This document shows positions 1-9,069 of a stretch of DNA of 46,774 nt, in pieces (the stretch's first letter is position 1; every line of letters begins with the position of its first letter). Position numbers and translations under genes: made by a program. Under the pieces are notes generated by a model. It searched no databases and was not told the origin of the DNA. It saw nothing but the letters and a program-made list of their open reading frames with translations. This stretch comes from Opitutales bacterium (GTDB lineage: Bacteria > Verrucomicrobiota > Verrucomicrobiia > Opitutales > Coraliomargaritaceae), in NCBI GenBank assembly GCA_049598495.1, contig JBMYNR010000011.1, positions 1-46,774 of the forward strand, read 5' to 3'.

Positions 1-130
1 TATCCAGAAAGTTCTCAATCGCGACATCTGGGACGACGTAACGAACCTGCGCCAGCAGGGTCGACGGACGAGCACCTCTGCCTGTTCGTTGCCCTTCACA
101 CGTCGACGCGACTGGCGTCGCATCGCTACA
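1..130. repeat. REPIN-like doublet, copy 1 of a direct repeat with 422-bp offset (truncated by window start)
   Basis: 1-130 matches 423-552 at 125/130 by eye. Holds two inverted REP-like units: GTAA-CGAACCTGC-GCCA-GCAGGGTCG (38-63) and, on the minus strand, GTAG-CGATGCGAC-GCCA-GTCGCGTCG (104-129). Confidence 0.9.
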
Positions 131-141
131 CCCGGCACGAC

Positions 142-176
142 GTAACGAACTTGCGCCAGCAAGGTCGACGCGACTG
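142..176 (+). repeat. Single/collapsed REP-like unit
   Basis: gtaacgaacttgcgccagcaaggtcgacg followed directly by cgactg: the left unit is joined to the right unit at the shared gtcgacg with the spacer deleted. Confidence 0.75.
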
Positions 177-345
177 CAGACAATTCAGATGATCCGGGCA
201 TACGGTGTCGTTTGCCGAACGGCACGTGGCCCGATTCCGACCGCTTGCGCCACCCCTCCGCCGAAGGCGGACATGTCGCGGATCGGTCTTGTCGCCAGCT
301 CGGAACGGCGAGCGCGCCTGATCCCAAACTTGGCTTGCTGCCGGA

Positions 346-552
346 CGCCCTGAAGGGCGCACTCCAACGCTTAGGATGCGTAGAGCTTTGTTGGAGTTCG
401 GCCTTTAGGCCGTCTGATTCCATATCCAGAAAGTTCTCGATTGCGACATCTGGGACGATGTAACGAACCTGCGCCAGCAGGGTCGACGGACGAGCGCCTC
501 TGCCGGTTCGTTGCCCTTCACACGTCGACGCGACTGGCGTCGCATCGCTACA
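346..552. repeat. Composite repeat: GGAG-type REP pair (346-412) plus GTAG-type REPIN copy 2 (423-552)
   Basis: GGAG-TT-CGGCCT-TT-AGGCCG on plus (393-412) and GGAG-TG-CGCCCT-TC-AGGGCG on minus (346-365). 347-510 is homologous to the reverse complement of 15278-15440. Confidence 0.85.
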
Positions 553-663
553 TACCATGATCATCAAAACTACCCTGACCTAACCCAGGAGCCCCCCCTC
601 TCTCTCCGGTGACAAAATAGAGCGTCTATAACGTTTTTGAATCAGCCAAAACGGAAAAACTCT

Positions 664-683
664 TTGACAATTGGCCATATTGT
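664..683 (+). promoter_or_regulatory. Possible -35 element overlapped by a palindromic operator upstream of the GH42 gene
   Basis: TTGACA at 664-669 and dyad ACAAT-TGGCCAT-ATTGT at 667-683; no convincing -10 seen. Confidence 0.3.
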
Positions 684-698
684 TTTTCTTTTTCGAAA

Positions 699-2867
699 AT
701 GGAAGAAGCTAGCCCTTTATTCATACAGCCCGATACTCTCATGCACGGCGCGGATTACAACCCAGAGCAATGGAACATGGATGATGCGATCCTGCGGGAA
801 GATTTTAGTCGCATGCATGAGGCCGGCCTAACCAGTGTTTCCGTCGGCATTTTTTCATGGACCCAATATGAACCGCTGGAGGGACAGTATCGCTTCGACT
901 GGATGGACCGGCTGATGGATCGCATCGCAGAGGCCGGTATGGTCGCATTTCTGGCAACGCCGAGCGGTAGCAAACCGATGTGGCTCTCTGAAAAGTATCC
1001 CGAAATTCGCAGAGTTGACCCCAGGGGCCAGCGCGAACCGAGTGGCCTGCGCCACAACCACTGTCCCTCTTCAACGCTTTATCAGGAGAAAGTCGCTATT
1101 CTAAACGAACGACTTGCGGTGCGCTACAAGAACCACCCGGCACTTGCTCTCTGGCATATCAGTAATGAACTTCAGGGTGAGTGTTTTTGCGAGTCCTGCC
1201 TGCGGCGCTTTCATACTTGGCTGGAGCAACGCTACAGGAGTTTATCCGTACTTAATGAAGCCTGGTGGGCAGGATTTTGGAATCACAGTTTCACGGATTG
1301 GGCACAGATCGACCCCAGAGACAAAAGCATCGACGGTCTTCAGGTAGATTGGAGACGCTTCGTGAATCAACTCCACGTGGAATTTCTGGAAAGCGAAATC
1401 GCTCCTCTCAGGACGCACACGCCGACGATCCCGGTAAGCACTAATTTCATGTGTTTTCACCCGGAGCTTGATTACTGGCGCTGGAGCCAAGTCATCGACA
1501 TTATCAGCAATGATTCTTATCCAAGCTACGATGGATCTCCGGACATGTGGCGCAGCGCAGCCCGCACAGCACTCACCCACGATCTGATGCGTGGCCTGGC
1601 CTCGGGGAAGCCGTGGATACAGATGGAGTGCAGTCCATCTTCCATCAACTGGAAGCCAATCAACAAATTAAAACCCAACGGGGTGCATCTGGCAGAATGC
1701 GCACAGGCGATCGCCCACGGCGCGGACGCGGTGCATTACTTTCAATTTCGTAAGGGGCGTGGAGGCTGCGAGAAATTCCATGGAGCCATTATCGACCATG
1801 ACAGCCGCGAAGACACCCGAGTGTTTCGCGAAGTCGTAGAAGTCGGCAAATGGCTCAAGGGACACGGCCATCTGGTCGGCTCGAAATGTCCACGGGCAGA
1901 GGTCGTTATCCTACATGATTGGGAGAGTCAATGGGCTCTAAACAGCAGCGAGGGCGTGCGGCAACCGAGCGAGCGGTGTCGGGACGGGATGGAGGCTCCG
2001 GACGCCTACCACGAGCTACTCCAGCAACATCATCGAGGTTGGTGGAAACATAGCATCGCCACAGATATTCTCTGGCCCAATGCGGATGATTTCACCGAGC
2101 AGCTCCGTGGCCGCAAAGTTGTGATCGCCGCGACCCTCTATATGCTCGAGAAAACGACCGCACGGATTCTGATGGAATATGTCCGTCGGGGAGGCTGTCT
2201 CATCCTTAGCCATCACAGCGGGGTTGTCGACGCGAGTAACCGAGTAATCCGAAACGGACTCCCAGGGCATTCACTCCATGAAGCTGCAGGGGCGAAGGTC
2301 GAAGAGATCGACGCCCTGTTCGACGGGGAATCACTATTCTTTGAAACATCCGGATTACTTCAAGACTTAGCCAATGAATATCAAATCACACAGGCTTATG
2401 GCCTATTAAAGCTAAACGGTGCCGAGTGTATCGCCTCCCCGTCGTGCGGCCACTGGAAAGGATACCCGATAGCGAGCCACCACCACTGTGATGCCGGAGA
2501 AGTTTTTCTACTTGCAGGCAATTTTTGCGATCGTTTTCACCACGACTTTTCGAATTGGTTGGCAGAGCGACATGCCATCGGAACGGCTCTGGATCAAAGT
2601 TTACCCACTGGTGTTCACGCAAGCATACGTGAGCATGCAGAACAAACCCACTGTATTTTGATCAATTACACGGATAAAGTTCACCGCATCCAATCAATCC
2701 CAAAGATTGAGAAACTCACAGATGTCGAAGGAAATCAGACCGAAGAGCTCGAGCTGCCCCCCTTCGCCGTAAAAGTAATACCTTTGAAAAATTCAACCAA
2801 ATGCAAACGCCCGCCCAAGGGCGAAGTAGCGAACGAGCGTTCGCAGGTTAACTGTCTGACTCCATAA
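699..2867 (+). CDS. Beta-galactosidase, glycoside hydrolase family 42
   Basis: HGADYNPEQW, VGIFSW..EP.EG, acid/base SNE, Zn cluster HNHC/CFCESC, nucleophile QMECSPS, YFQFR..RGG.EKFHGA, plus trimerisation domain. Confidence 0.95.
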   Translation: MEEASPLFIQPDTLMHGADYNPEQWNMDDAILREDFSRMHEAGLTSVSVGIFSWTQYEPLEGQYRFDWMDRLMDRIAEAGMVAFLATPSGSKPMWLSEKYPEIRRVDPRGQREPSGLRHNHCPSSTLYQEKVAILNERLAVRYKNHPALALWHISNELQGECFCESCLRRFHTWLEQRYRSLSVLNEAWWAGFWNHSFTDWAQIDPRDKSIDGLQVDWRRFVNQLHVEFLESEIAPLRTHTPTIPVSTNFMCFHPELDYWRWSQVIDIISNDSYPSYDGSPDMWRSAARTALTHDLMRGLASGKPWIQMECSPSSINWKPINKLKPNGVHLAECAQAIAHGADAVHYFQFRKGRGGCEKFHGAIIDHDSREDTRVFREVVEVGKWLKGHGHLVGSKCPRAEVVILHDWESQWALNSSEGVRQPSERCRDGMEAPDAYHELLQQHHRGWWKHSIATDILWPNADDFTEQLRGRKVVIAATLYMLEKTTARILMEYVRRGGCLILSHHSGVVDASNRVIRNGLPGHSLHEAAGAKVEEIDALFDGESLFFETSGLLQDLANEYQITQAYGLLKLNGAECIASPSCGHWKGYPIASHHHCDAGEVFLLAGNFCDRFHHDFSNWLAERHAIGTALDQSLPTGVHASIREHAEQTHCILINYTDKVHRIQSIPKIEKLTDVEGNQTEELELPPFAVKVIPLKNSTKCKRPPKGEVANERSQVNCLTP

Positions 2868-2884
2868 TAAAACACCCCCTTTTT

Positions 2885-4447
2885 ATGCCGAATACCCCAA
2901 ACAAGCCCCCAAAAACGGCCTCTCCCTGTGCTTCCGAAGTATCTGCCGTATCCGATACTGAAGGACCTGCGCCCTCAGAGCCTTCAAGCACGACAAGAAG
3001 GACGGAGGAGGATGCCGCCGCATCAGTAAGCGGCGAAGTCCCGTCTCGTCTCGTTCCGACCAAAGAACGCATCACTTTTGGCCTTGGTGGCATGACCATG
3101 TTTCTGGGCAATGTCTCCATAGGCGCAACGGCGCAGGCATTCTTCACGATGCTCCTTGGCGTAAGCCCGGCACTACTAAGTATCGCCTTAGCGGTTCCCC
3201 GCCTATGGGATGCATTCACCGATCCTTTGATGGGCCGAATCTCCGACAAATTTCATTCGAAGTTCGGACGGCGGCGCCCTTTCATTTTTATAGGTTCGCT
3301 CATGATGGGCCTAACCTTCGGACTAATCTGGATGGTACCCGCCGAATGGCCCGGAACGAGTATCATGCTCTGGTTTATCATCAGTTCGCTGATATTTTAC
3401 ACCTGCTTCACGGTTTTTTCGGTTCCCTTTACCAGTTTGAGCTATGAAATGACGCCCGACTATACGGAGCGAACCGCGATCATGGGCCATGCCACTTTCT
3501 GGTCGAAGGTTGCCGAATTTGGTTATCAATGGCTCATCCCACTCGGTCTGGGTCTCGCTGGATGGGGCCTCGTAGACAACGATATTACAGGTATCCGAAC
3601 CGTCATGTGGTCGCTTGGATTAATTTTCATGTTCGGATTTGGGGTGATGCCTGCAATTTTCACGAAGGAACGCTATTATGCAGTCAATCTGCGTGAACAA
3701 GCGAGCCACGAGACTTCCCCATTCTGGCGGAGTCTTGGGCAAACTTTAAAAAATAAAGCATTCGTCGTTATCCTCGGTATCGCCCTGCTCCAGATTATCG
3801 GAGGAATGTTCGCCAGCACACTGGATCACTATCTTCTGGTCTACTACATGTTTGATGGCGACATCCTAACAGGTTCGATTTGGAAAGGCTATCTTTCATC
3901 GGCCTACGCAGTATGCGGCTTTATCAGTATCCCGGTCATGGTCTTCCTTTCGAAGCGCTTCGGCAAACGAACCTCCTTACGTATCGTGTTTTGGTTAGTC
4001 ATAATTAATGGAGTGCTGCGGTGGTTTATTTACACCCCGGGGAATCACCCATTCATATTTGCTGATGCAATCATTGGATCGCTCTACTGGATCGCTGTTG
4101 GTACCGTTCAGCCGTCCATGATCGCAGACACTTGCGATGCTGATGAACTAAAATATGGCGAACGGCGCGAGGGCATGTTCAGTTCGATTTTTGGCTGGAT
4201 CACAAAGTGCGCCATCGTACTGGGTATTATGGCTGGAGGGTTTTCCCTATCCCTAGTCGGATTTGATGCTGAACTTGGCGGATCACAAAGTGATTCCGCG
4301 TTCCTGGGGATGCGTCTTTTTATGGTTTTAGGCAGTATCATTCCCAACCTAATCGCCCTCGGGCTTCTCAGTTTATACCCAATCACCAAGGAACAGGCGG
4401 CACGAACCCGTCTAATACTGGAAACCCGAAGAGGCAAAGTGGTTTAA
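2885..4447 (+). CDS. GPH (glycoside-pentoside-hexuronide):cation symporter, MFS/MelB-like
   Basis: RLWDAFTDPLMGRISD, KFGRRRPF, EMTPDYTERT, SMIADTCD.DELK.G.RREG; about 12 hydrophobic segments. The first ~55 aa are low complexity, so the start may be later. Confidence 0.93.
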   Translation: MPNTPNKPPKTASPCASEVSAVSDTEGPAPSEPSSTTRRTEEDAAASVSGEVPSRLVPTKERITFGLGGMTMFLGNVSIGATAQAFFTMLLGVSPALLSIALAVPRLWDAFTDPLMGRISDKFHSKFGRRRPFIFIGSLMMGLTFGLIWMVPAEWPGTSIMLWFIISSLIFYTCFTVFSVPFTSLSYEMTPDYTERTAIMGHATFWSKVAEFGYQWLIPLGLGLAGWGLVDNDITGIRTVMWSLGLIFMFGFGVMPAIFTKERYYAVNLREQASHETSPFWRSLGQTLKNKAFVVILGIALLQIIGGMFASTLDHYLLVYYMFDGDILTGSIWKGYLSSAYAVCGFISIPVMVFLSKRFGKRTSLRIVFWLVIINGVLRWFIYTPGNHPFIFADAIIGSLYWIAVGTVQPSMIADTCDADELKYGERREGMFSSIFGWITKCAIVLGIMAGGFSLSLVGFDAELGGSQSDSAFLGMRLFMVLGSIIPNLIALGLLSLYPITKEQAARTRLILETRRGKVV

Positions 4448-4759
4448 TCGGACTGAGGCCCTCTGGCGCTTAGAAGTTTGAGTTTTTTCGAGGTGCTGGC
4501 TACGATGCAGGTTTTCTAGTGAAGTCGTTATCGCTCATCACTGTCTGATGTTCAATTTTCGTCGGATTGGATCAGTGGACGATGAGCGGTTATCAGCGGT
4601 ATAAAATGCGGCCCATTATGCTAAGCTCCTTTGCCATATGTCCCGGAGCGGCGATGAAGTTTAGGGGTGGCCTCCCTTCGGTCGATTTCGCCTGTGGGAT
4701 TTTTAAACCGCTAAAGGACGCTGAATTTTCGCTAAAAACCGAAGAAGGCAAGACTCGGA

Positions 4760-4866
4760 CCCGGCATCGACTGGGGTCGAACCTGCGCCGTCAAGTTTGG
4801 CGGACAAGCGGTCTCCGTCTGTTCGTAGCTCTGCACACGTCGACGCGAAGGCGTCACATTACTACA
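4760..4866. repeat. Degenerate copy of the GTAG REPIN
   Basis: aacctgcgccg...cggacaagcg...gttcgtagctctgcacacgtcgacgcgaaggcgtcacattactaca aligns with 44-130. Its GTAG supplies the TAG stop (4862-4864) of the convergent kinase-like ORF. Confidence 0.8.
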
Positions 4867-6814
4867 CCGAGTCTGTTAATTCTGTTAATTGGCTGTAACC
4901 GGACAGAGCTGCATATAATGCCGACCGTGAAACAGGTTTCCTGATCTCAGCGTGGATCAGTGGATTTTCACCCTGCGGGTTGGAAGAGATGGAGATCATA
5001 TAAACCTCTATATCCCACAAGGAAGACAAGGCTTCGTGGATTTCTCGGATTTCCTGATCCGCATTCTCCCGATGAGAATCTTCGATTAATACAATCTCAA
5101 ATGCCTGTATTTGAACCATTTCAAGGGCCTCGCTCATGCTTCGTGCCCAAACGGCATGCACACCTGAAAAGTTCATCAACTTATTCAGAAACTTAAAGCG
5201 ACGATAGTCCGGCTCGACAACAAGGATACTCGCGGTCAAATCAAATGATCGAGTGAAACCTGGTGACATTTCAACAGGCACGGTATCCACCCCGCTTTTA
5301 TGTTGAGAAGACTTCACAGTGTTTCGGAGCAAATCAGGCAAACTCAAGTGGGCGCACAGGCTATTCGAATCGGGCGTGCTAAACTCAAACTCCCCACCAA
5401 GTAGTGACACTGAGCGCGCACACAGAAACAGACTTAAAGCCGACGCCCCATAGCTCCCCCAAGCTTGCGATGCCCAGGGATGTTTCAACAGATCTGGATC
5501 GCTATTGACAAAAGCTTCCAGCTCAGCGCCCTTCAAACCGACCCCATTGGCGGACAAAGTAATGCAGTAGGTACGCATTCCAGCAGAATCCAGAGCCGGG
5601 CATATTTTCAAACGTATATGGCCCTTATCTGATATTTGCGCCGTCACATTCAACAGTGTTTTCAATATATGATGTACTCGGATACGATCCGTGTTAATCA
5701 CTGCCGTCTCCATTTCCTCTCCTATCTCGTAATCGAAAGCGACTCCAGCTTTCAGGTAGGGGCTCCATTCAAATTGGCTACAAACATCCTCTACCAACTC
5801 AGCAAGTGGGACCAAGGCTATATTCATCAAGTATTCACCCGATTCGATCTCCGAAAAGTTTAACAGGTCATTGACCGTCTCCAAGATGAGTGCACTGGAT
5901 CGTTTTAAAGCATGCAAATCCTCCCTCTGGTGCTCATCCAATGAAGTCTCTGAAAACAAATCAGTAAAACCCATCATGGCATGCAACTGGGTCTTCAATT
6001 CAGCTGCAATACCTTTGAGAAAAGCACTTTTATTCTGGTCTGAATAGCGCGCATCATCAAAGGCCTTTTGAGTCGATTCCAACTGGCTGAGGAGCGTTTT
6101 CTGTGCACCTAAAATTGTCACATCCGAATGAGTTCCATCCGGGTGAATGAAGGCTCTAAGCGTATTATATCGCTCAAGCATTTTCTTCAATTCGACATCA
6201 TGCAGCCCCTTAACAACAAGAGGAACCGTTCCTCTCTCCGAAATAACCGCATCCATTTTGTGGCCCATTTTCAACAAATCACGATTTCTCCAATATTGGA
6301 GATAAAAATTCCAAATCGAAGCAATTACCAGGAAGACAGAAACCAATGAACCGATGGGCCAAAATATGATGTTTGAGGGCATATTATCGGCATCGAATTG
6401 ATCCTGCACCTCACGCAGCGATGTATTCCAATTTGCAGCGAGTTCATATAAGTTCGAGATCGCATCCGGCCTGTCGCCGGCCTCAGTTAGAACGACGCCG
6501 AAATCATCCAGAAATCGATTATACTCAAAAAGAAGACTCGGCGAAGCATTCATCAAGGGGGACCCTTCAAGCCATGTTCTTCGGGCATCATACCAAAGCA
6601 GGAGAGCTTGACGCTCAGAGACATCACCAGAACGGTACTCCGGTGGAAAAACAGGCACCTCCATCTGTTCAATGGCATGTGCTATTCTGAGTTGCTCAAG
6701 TTGATCATAATGCGCAAATACAGCAGCCATATGATATGCTGCTGTAATAAAAACGCTTAATACTGCACAAATAAAGGCAGCGGAATGACCGTTCTTAAAC
6801 TTCACTTTGATCAA
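4862..6814 (-). CDS. Membrane-anchored hybrid histidine kinase/receiver-like protein with degenerate catalytic motifs (probable pseudokinase)
   Basis: Two TM segments flanking a periplasmic domain; HisKA-like KSAFLKGIAAELKTQLHAMMGF; HATPase-like DRIRVHHILKTLL..ANGVGL; C-terminal REC-like ILVVEPD...IVLIED...IRKPV. TTG start. Confidence 0.85.
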   Translation of the reverse strand: MIKVKFKNGHSAAFICAVLSVFITAAYHMAAVFAHYDQLEQLRIAHAIEQMEVPVFPPEYRSGDVSERQALLLWYDARRTWLEGSPLMNASPSLLFEYNRFLDDFGVVLTEAGDRPDAISNLYELAANWNTSLREVQDQFDADNMPSNIIFWPIGSLVSVFLVIASIWNFYLQYWRNRDLLKMGHKMDAVISERGTVPLVVKGLHDVELKKMLERYNTLRAFIHPDGTHSDVTILGAQKTLLSQLESTQKAFDDARYSDQNKSAFLKGIAAELKTQLHAMMGFTDLFSETSLDEHQREDLHALKRSSALILETVNDLLNFSEIESGEYLMNIALVPLAELVEDVCSQFEWSPYLKAGVAFDYEIGEEMETAVINTDRIRVHHILKTLLNVTAQISDKGHIRLKICPALDSAGMRTYCITLSANGVGLKGAELEAFVNSDPDLLKHPWASQAWGSYGASALSLFLCARSVSLLGGEFEFSTPDSNSLCAHLSLPDLLRNTVKSSQHKSGVDTVPVEMSPGFTRSFDLTASILVVEPDYRRFKFLNKLMNFSGVHAVWARSMSEALEMVQIQAFEIVLIEDSHRENADQEIREIHEALSSLWDIEVYMISISSNPQGENPLIHAEIRKPVSRSALYAALSGYSQLTELTDSV

Positions 6815-6875
6815 GTTAAATAAATATTTCCCTGGACGTTAGAGAGCACGAAAAGTCGGCACCCCTTGGTGATTC

Positions 6876-7418
6876 CTAAGGCATGACAACATCAGCCACT
6901 TCTAGTATCCAATCCTCGCTCTTTTTTAAGGTCGCGACGCGCATCGCCCCTTCCATAGAACAATAGATCATCATCGCTCGTTGATGTGCGTCTACAGGAT
7001 TCAAACAGCTGCCATCAAAAGAAAGAGCTGTTTCGAGCCACCTCACATTCAAGGCCACGAACCTGGAGATTATGCTTCGGGTGTTGGTATCCAGAACATG
7101 TGCCTCACTTGCGAGAACGCCGCAAAGGCAAGCCATACCGCTTGCAGTGTATGCCATATGATAGGCACTGCAATAATGCTGAATCGCCTCTTTCGCCGTA
7201 CGCTTCCGAAATCCATCGACATCCCCCAAGGCTTCAAAGAAACGATCCGCATACCGCTGCGCAACAATTCCAACCAGCGCCTCCTTTGACCCAATGGATT
7301 TCATCATTGTCTCCGAACTCAGCTTCAGACGTTCCGCAATATCGGCCAGCGTGAAGCTGCTGTAGCCACCACGGCGGATATAATCTTCAGCGACATCCAG
7401 TATTTTTTGCTTATTCAT
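6876..7418 (-). CDS. TetR/AcrR-family transcriptional regulator
   Basis: N-terminal HTH KILDVAEDYIRRGGYSSFTLADIAERL...SKEAL; C-terminal CLCGVLASE motif typical of this subfamily. Confidence 0.88.
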   Translation of the reverse strand: MNKQKILDVAEDYIRRGGYSSFTLADIAERLKLSSETMMKSIGSKEALVGIVAQRYADRFFEALGDVDGFRKRTAKEAIQHYCSAYHMAYTASGMACLCGVLASEAHVLDTNTRSIISRFVALNVRWLETALSFDGSCLNPVDAHQRAMMIYCSMEGAMRVATLKKSEDWILEVADVVMP

Positions 7419-7460
7419 AGTTCTACCCCACTCGTTTATTTATCTATATCTCTCATATTT

Positions 7461-9056
7461 TTAAGTTAGCCGAAGGGACGTCGACACCGTCCCGAACAGC
7501 TCGCATTCCGGATGAATCCATCTCTCAGAAGTTCCCTGCATAGCTTGGAAAGCAAAAGACAACGGCAGCTCAAAAATGAACAGAGTCCCTGAATCATCGG
7601 AGCGCCCCACGTATAGATCACCCCCATGCGCCACTGCAATCGACCGACTCACCGTTAGACCTAGACCTGAACCGAACATCTCCGAATTGAGCCGCGCTCG
7701 ATCACTCCGATAGAAACGATCGAATATGAAGGGCAAATCTGAGGGATCAATCCCACCACCGGAATCTTCAACTTCGATACGAAGCGTTCGCCCGTTACTC
7801 TGCAAACGACATAAAATATCACCCTCACTATATTTCAGTGAATTACTGAGTAGATTCATCAGGACCTGTCGAATCCGTGTTCTATCCCCATCCATTCTGA
7901 CATCTTGCATCGGAAGAGAAAGTTCAATATCCACCCCTTTCTCCACTGCTCTCGGCTTAATCATCAAAACAGTCTCTCGAACGAGTGCTTGAATCGACAG
8001 ATTTTCATATTCCAGATAGTCCGCATCCGAATCCAACCTGGCCAACTCGAGTAGATTATCGATGAGACCACACATATGCTGACCCGCAATTTTACATATC
8101 GCCAGACTTTCCCTCTCGCCAGTGCCCAGTTCAGGATTCTCGAGAATCCAATCCAACTCATTGAGTAAAACACTCAATGGTGTCTTCAACTCATGAGATG
8201 CGTCTGAGGTAAATTGAGCTTGTTGATCCAGCGCCGACTGCAACTGTGAAGCCTCCTTCTTTAGTGCAAACACAGGCTGGTTGAAACCCATTCGTTTAGG
8301 CCACATCCCCAATGCTCTGATGCGTAGGGATAAGAAAAAAATGAGTGGCACCCCAGCGATGAAGGCAACATCTCCCATAATAAAGAATGCTGAAAAGACA
8401 TCCCGGGAATCAATATTCCGGATAAGAAAAGGGATCATCGGTAAGATACTGCTGATACAGAATACGGCAGATATCCCGACAAGGAGGGTTCTTAGGTGAC
8501 GGTCCAAACCTGCCCGCCGAATAACTAAGATCAGGCAGCTGAAAAGATAGAATGCCGTCGGTATGTAATAAAACAGACTGAAGCAGCTGATCTGAAATAA
8601 GCTCGAATCCCGCGTAGAAAAAATATGGAGCCAATATCCGATGCCCAATATCCAAACGATACAAATGACAGCCAAGGGAAGAACCAAGCAGTAGACCATT
8701 GAAAAATGGAGCGGCGGAATCCGCAGCAAAAGCCCCATCAATACAATCATCATCAAGCAATGAGCCGCCCACCTCAGTGACGAATCAAGCATGGTAAATC
8801 CGTGGTCTAAAGTGCTACCGGTCGCGAAAGACCATAGAATAAAGAGGATGGATAGCTCATAGATAAGGAAGCAGAGAGCGCACTGAACCATCCGTCTCGA
8901 AGACACAGACCGAGGCGACTCTTCGAACAAAGCCCGCCATGGTGCGCGACCAAGCCATCGCCAGAAGGTAAGTCCCAGAAACAATGCCATCAATGCACCC
9001 ATGCAATGAACTAAAATATATGCCGTTTCTGTCATAGCGGTATGGATCGAGGTCAA
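7461..9056 (-). CDS. Sensor histidine kinase with N-terminal 7-TM (opsin-like) sensor domain
   Basis: Intact H box FTSDASHELKTPL, N box QVLMNLLSNSLKY, G1 DSGGGI, F box IFDRFYR, G2 GSGLGL; seven hydrophobic segments in the first ~245 aa. TTG start. Confidence 0.92.
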   Translation of the reverse strand: MTSIHTAMTETAYILVHCMGALMALFLGLTFWRWLGRAPWRALFEESPRSVSSRRMVQCALCFLIYELSILFILWSFATGSTLDHGFTMLDSSLRWAAHCLMMIVLMGLLLRIPPLHFSMVYCLVLPLAVICIVWILGIGYWLHIFSTRDSSLFQISCFSLFYYIPTAFYLFSCLILVIRRAGLDRHLRTLLVGISAVFCISSILPMIPFLIRNIDSRDVFSAFFIMGDVAFIAGVPLIFFLSLRIRALGMWPKRMGFNQPVFALKKEASQLQSALDQQAQFTSDASHELKTPLSVLLNELDWILENPELGTGERESLAICKIAGQHMCGLIDNLLELARLDSDADYLEYENLSIQALVRETVLMIKPRAVEKGVDIELSLPMQDVRMDGDRTRIRQVLMNLLSNSLKYSEGDILCRLQSNGRTLRIEVEDSGGGIDPSDLPFIFDRFYRSDRARLNSEMFGSGLGLTVSRSIAVAHGGDLYVGRSDDSGTLFIFELPLSFAFQAMQGTSERWIHPECELFGTVSTSLRLT

Positions 9057-9069
9057 TAACTCCGTATGC

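Noticed and set aside
126..463. Short ORFs 126-362, 185-367, 212-463
   Set aside because: They are translations of palindromic repeat DNA; the same peptide recurs in the spurious ORF 14982-15497.
1..552. Repeats as a CRISPR array
   Set aside because: Units are long, alternate in orientation and share their spacers; no constant repeat with unique spacers and no cas genes.
4480..4590. IS-end-like ttttttcgaggtgc and imperfect hairpin cgctcatc...gatgagcg as an IS remnant or ncRNA
   Set aside because: No partner end or transposase fragment found; the hairpin is short and I cannot assign it to any RNA family.
4567..4944. 125-aa ORF on plus strand
   Set aside because: TTG start, no recognisable motif, runs through a REPIN and overlaps the kinase-like gene.
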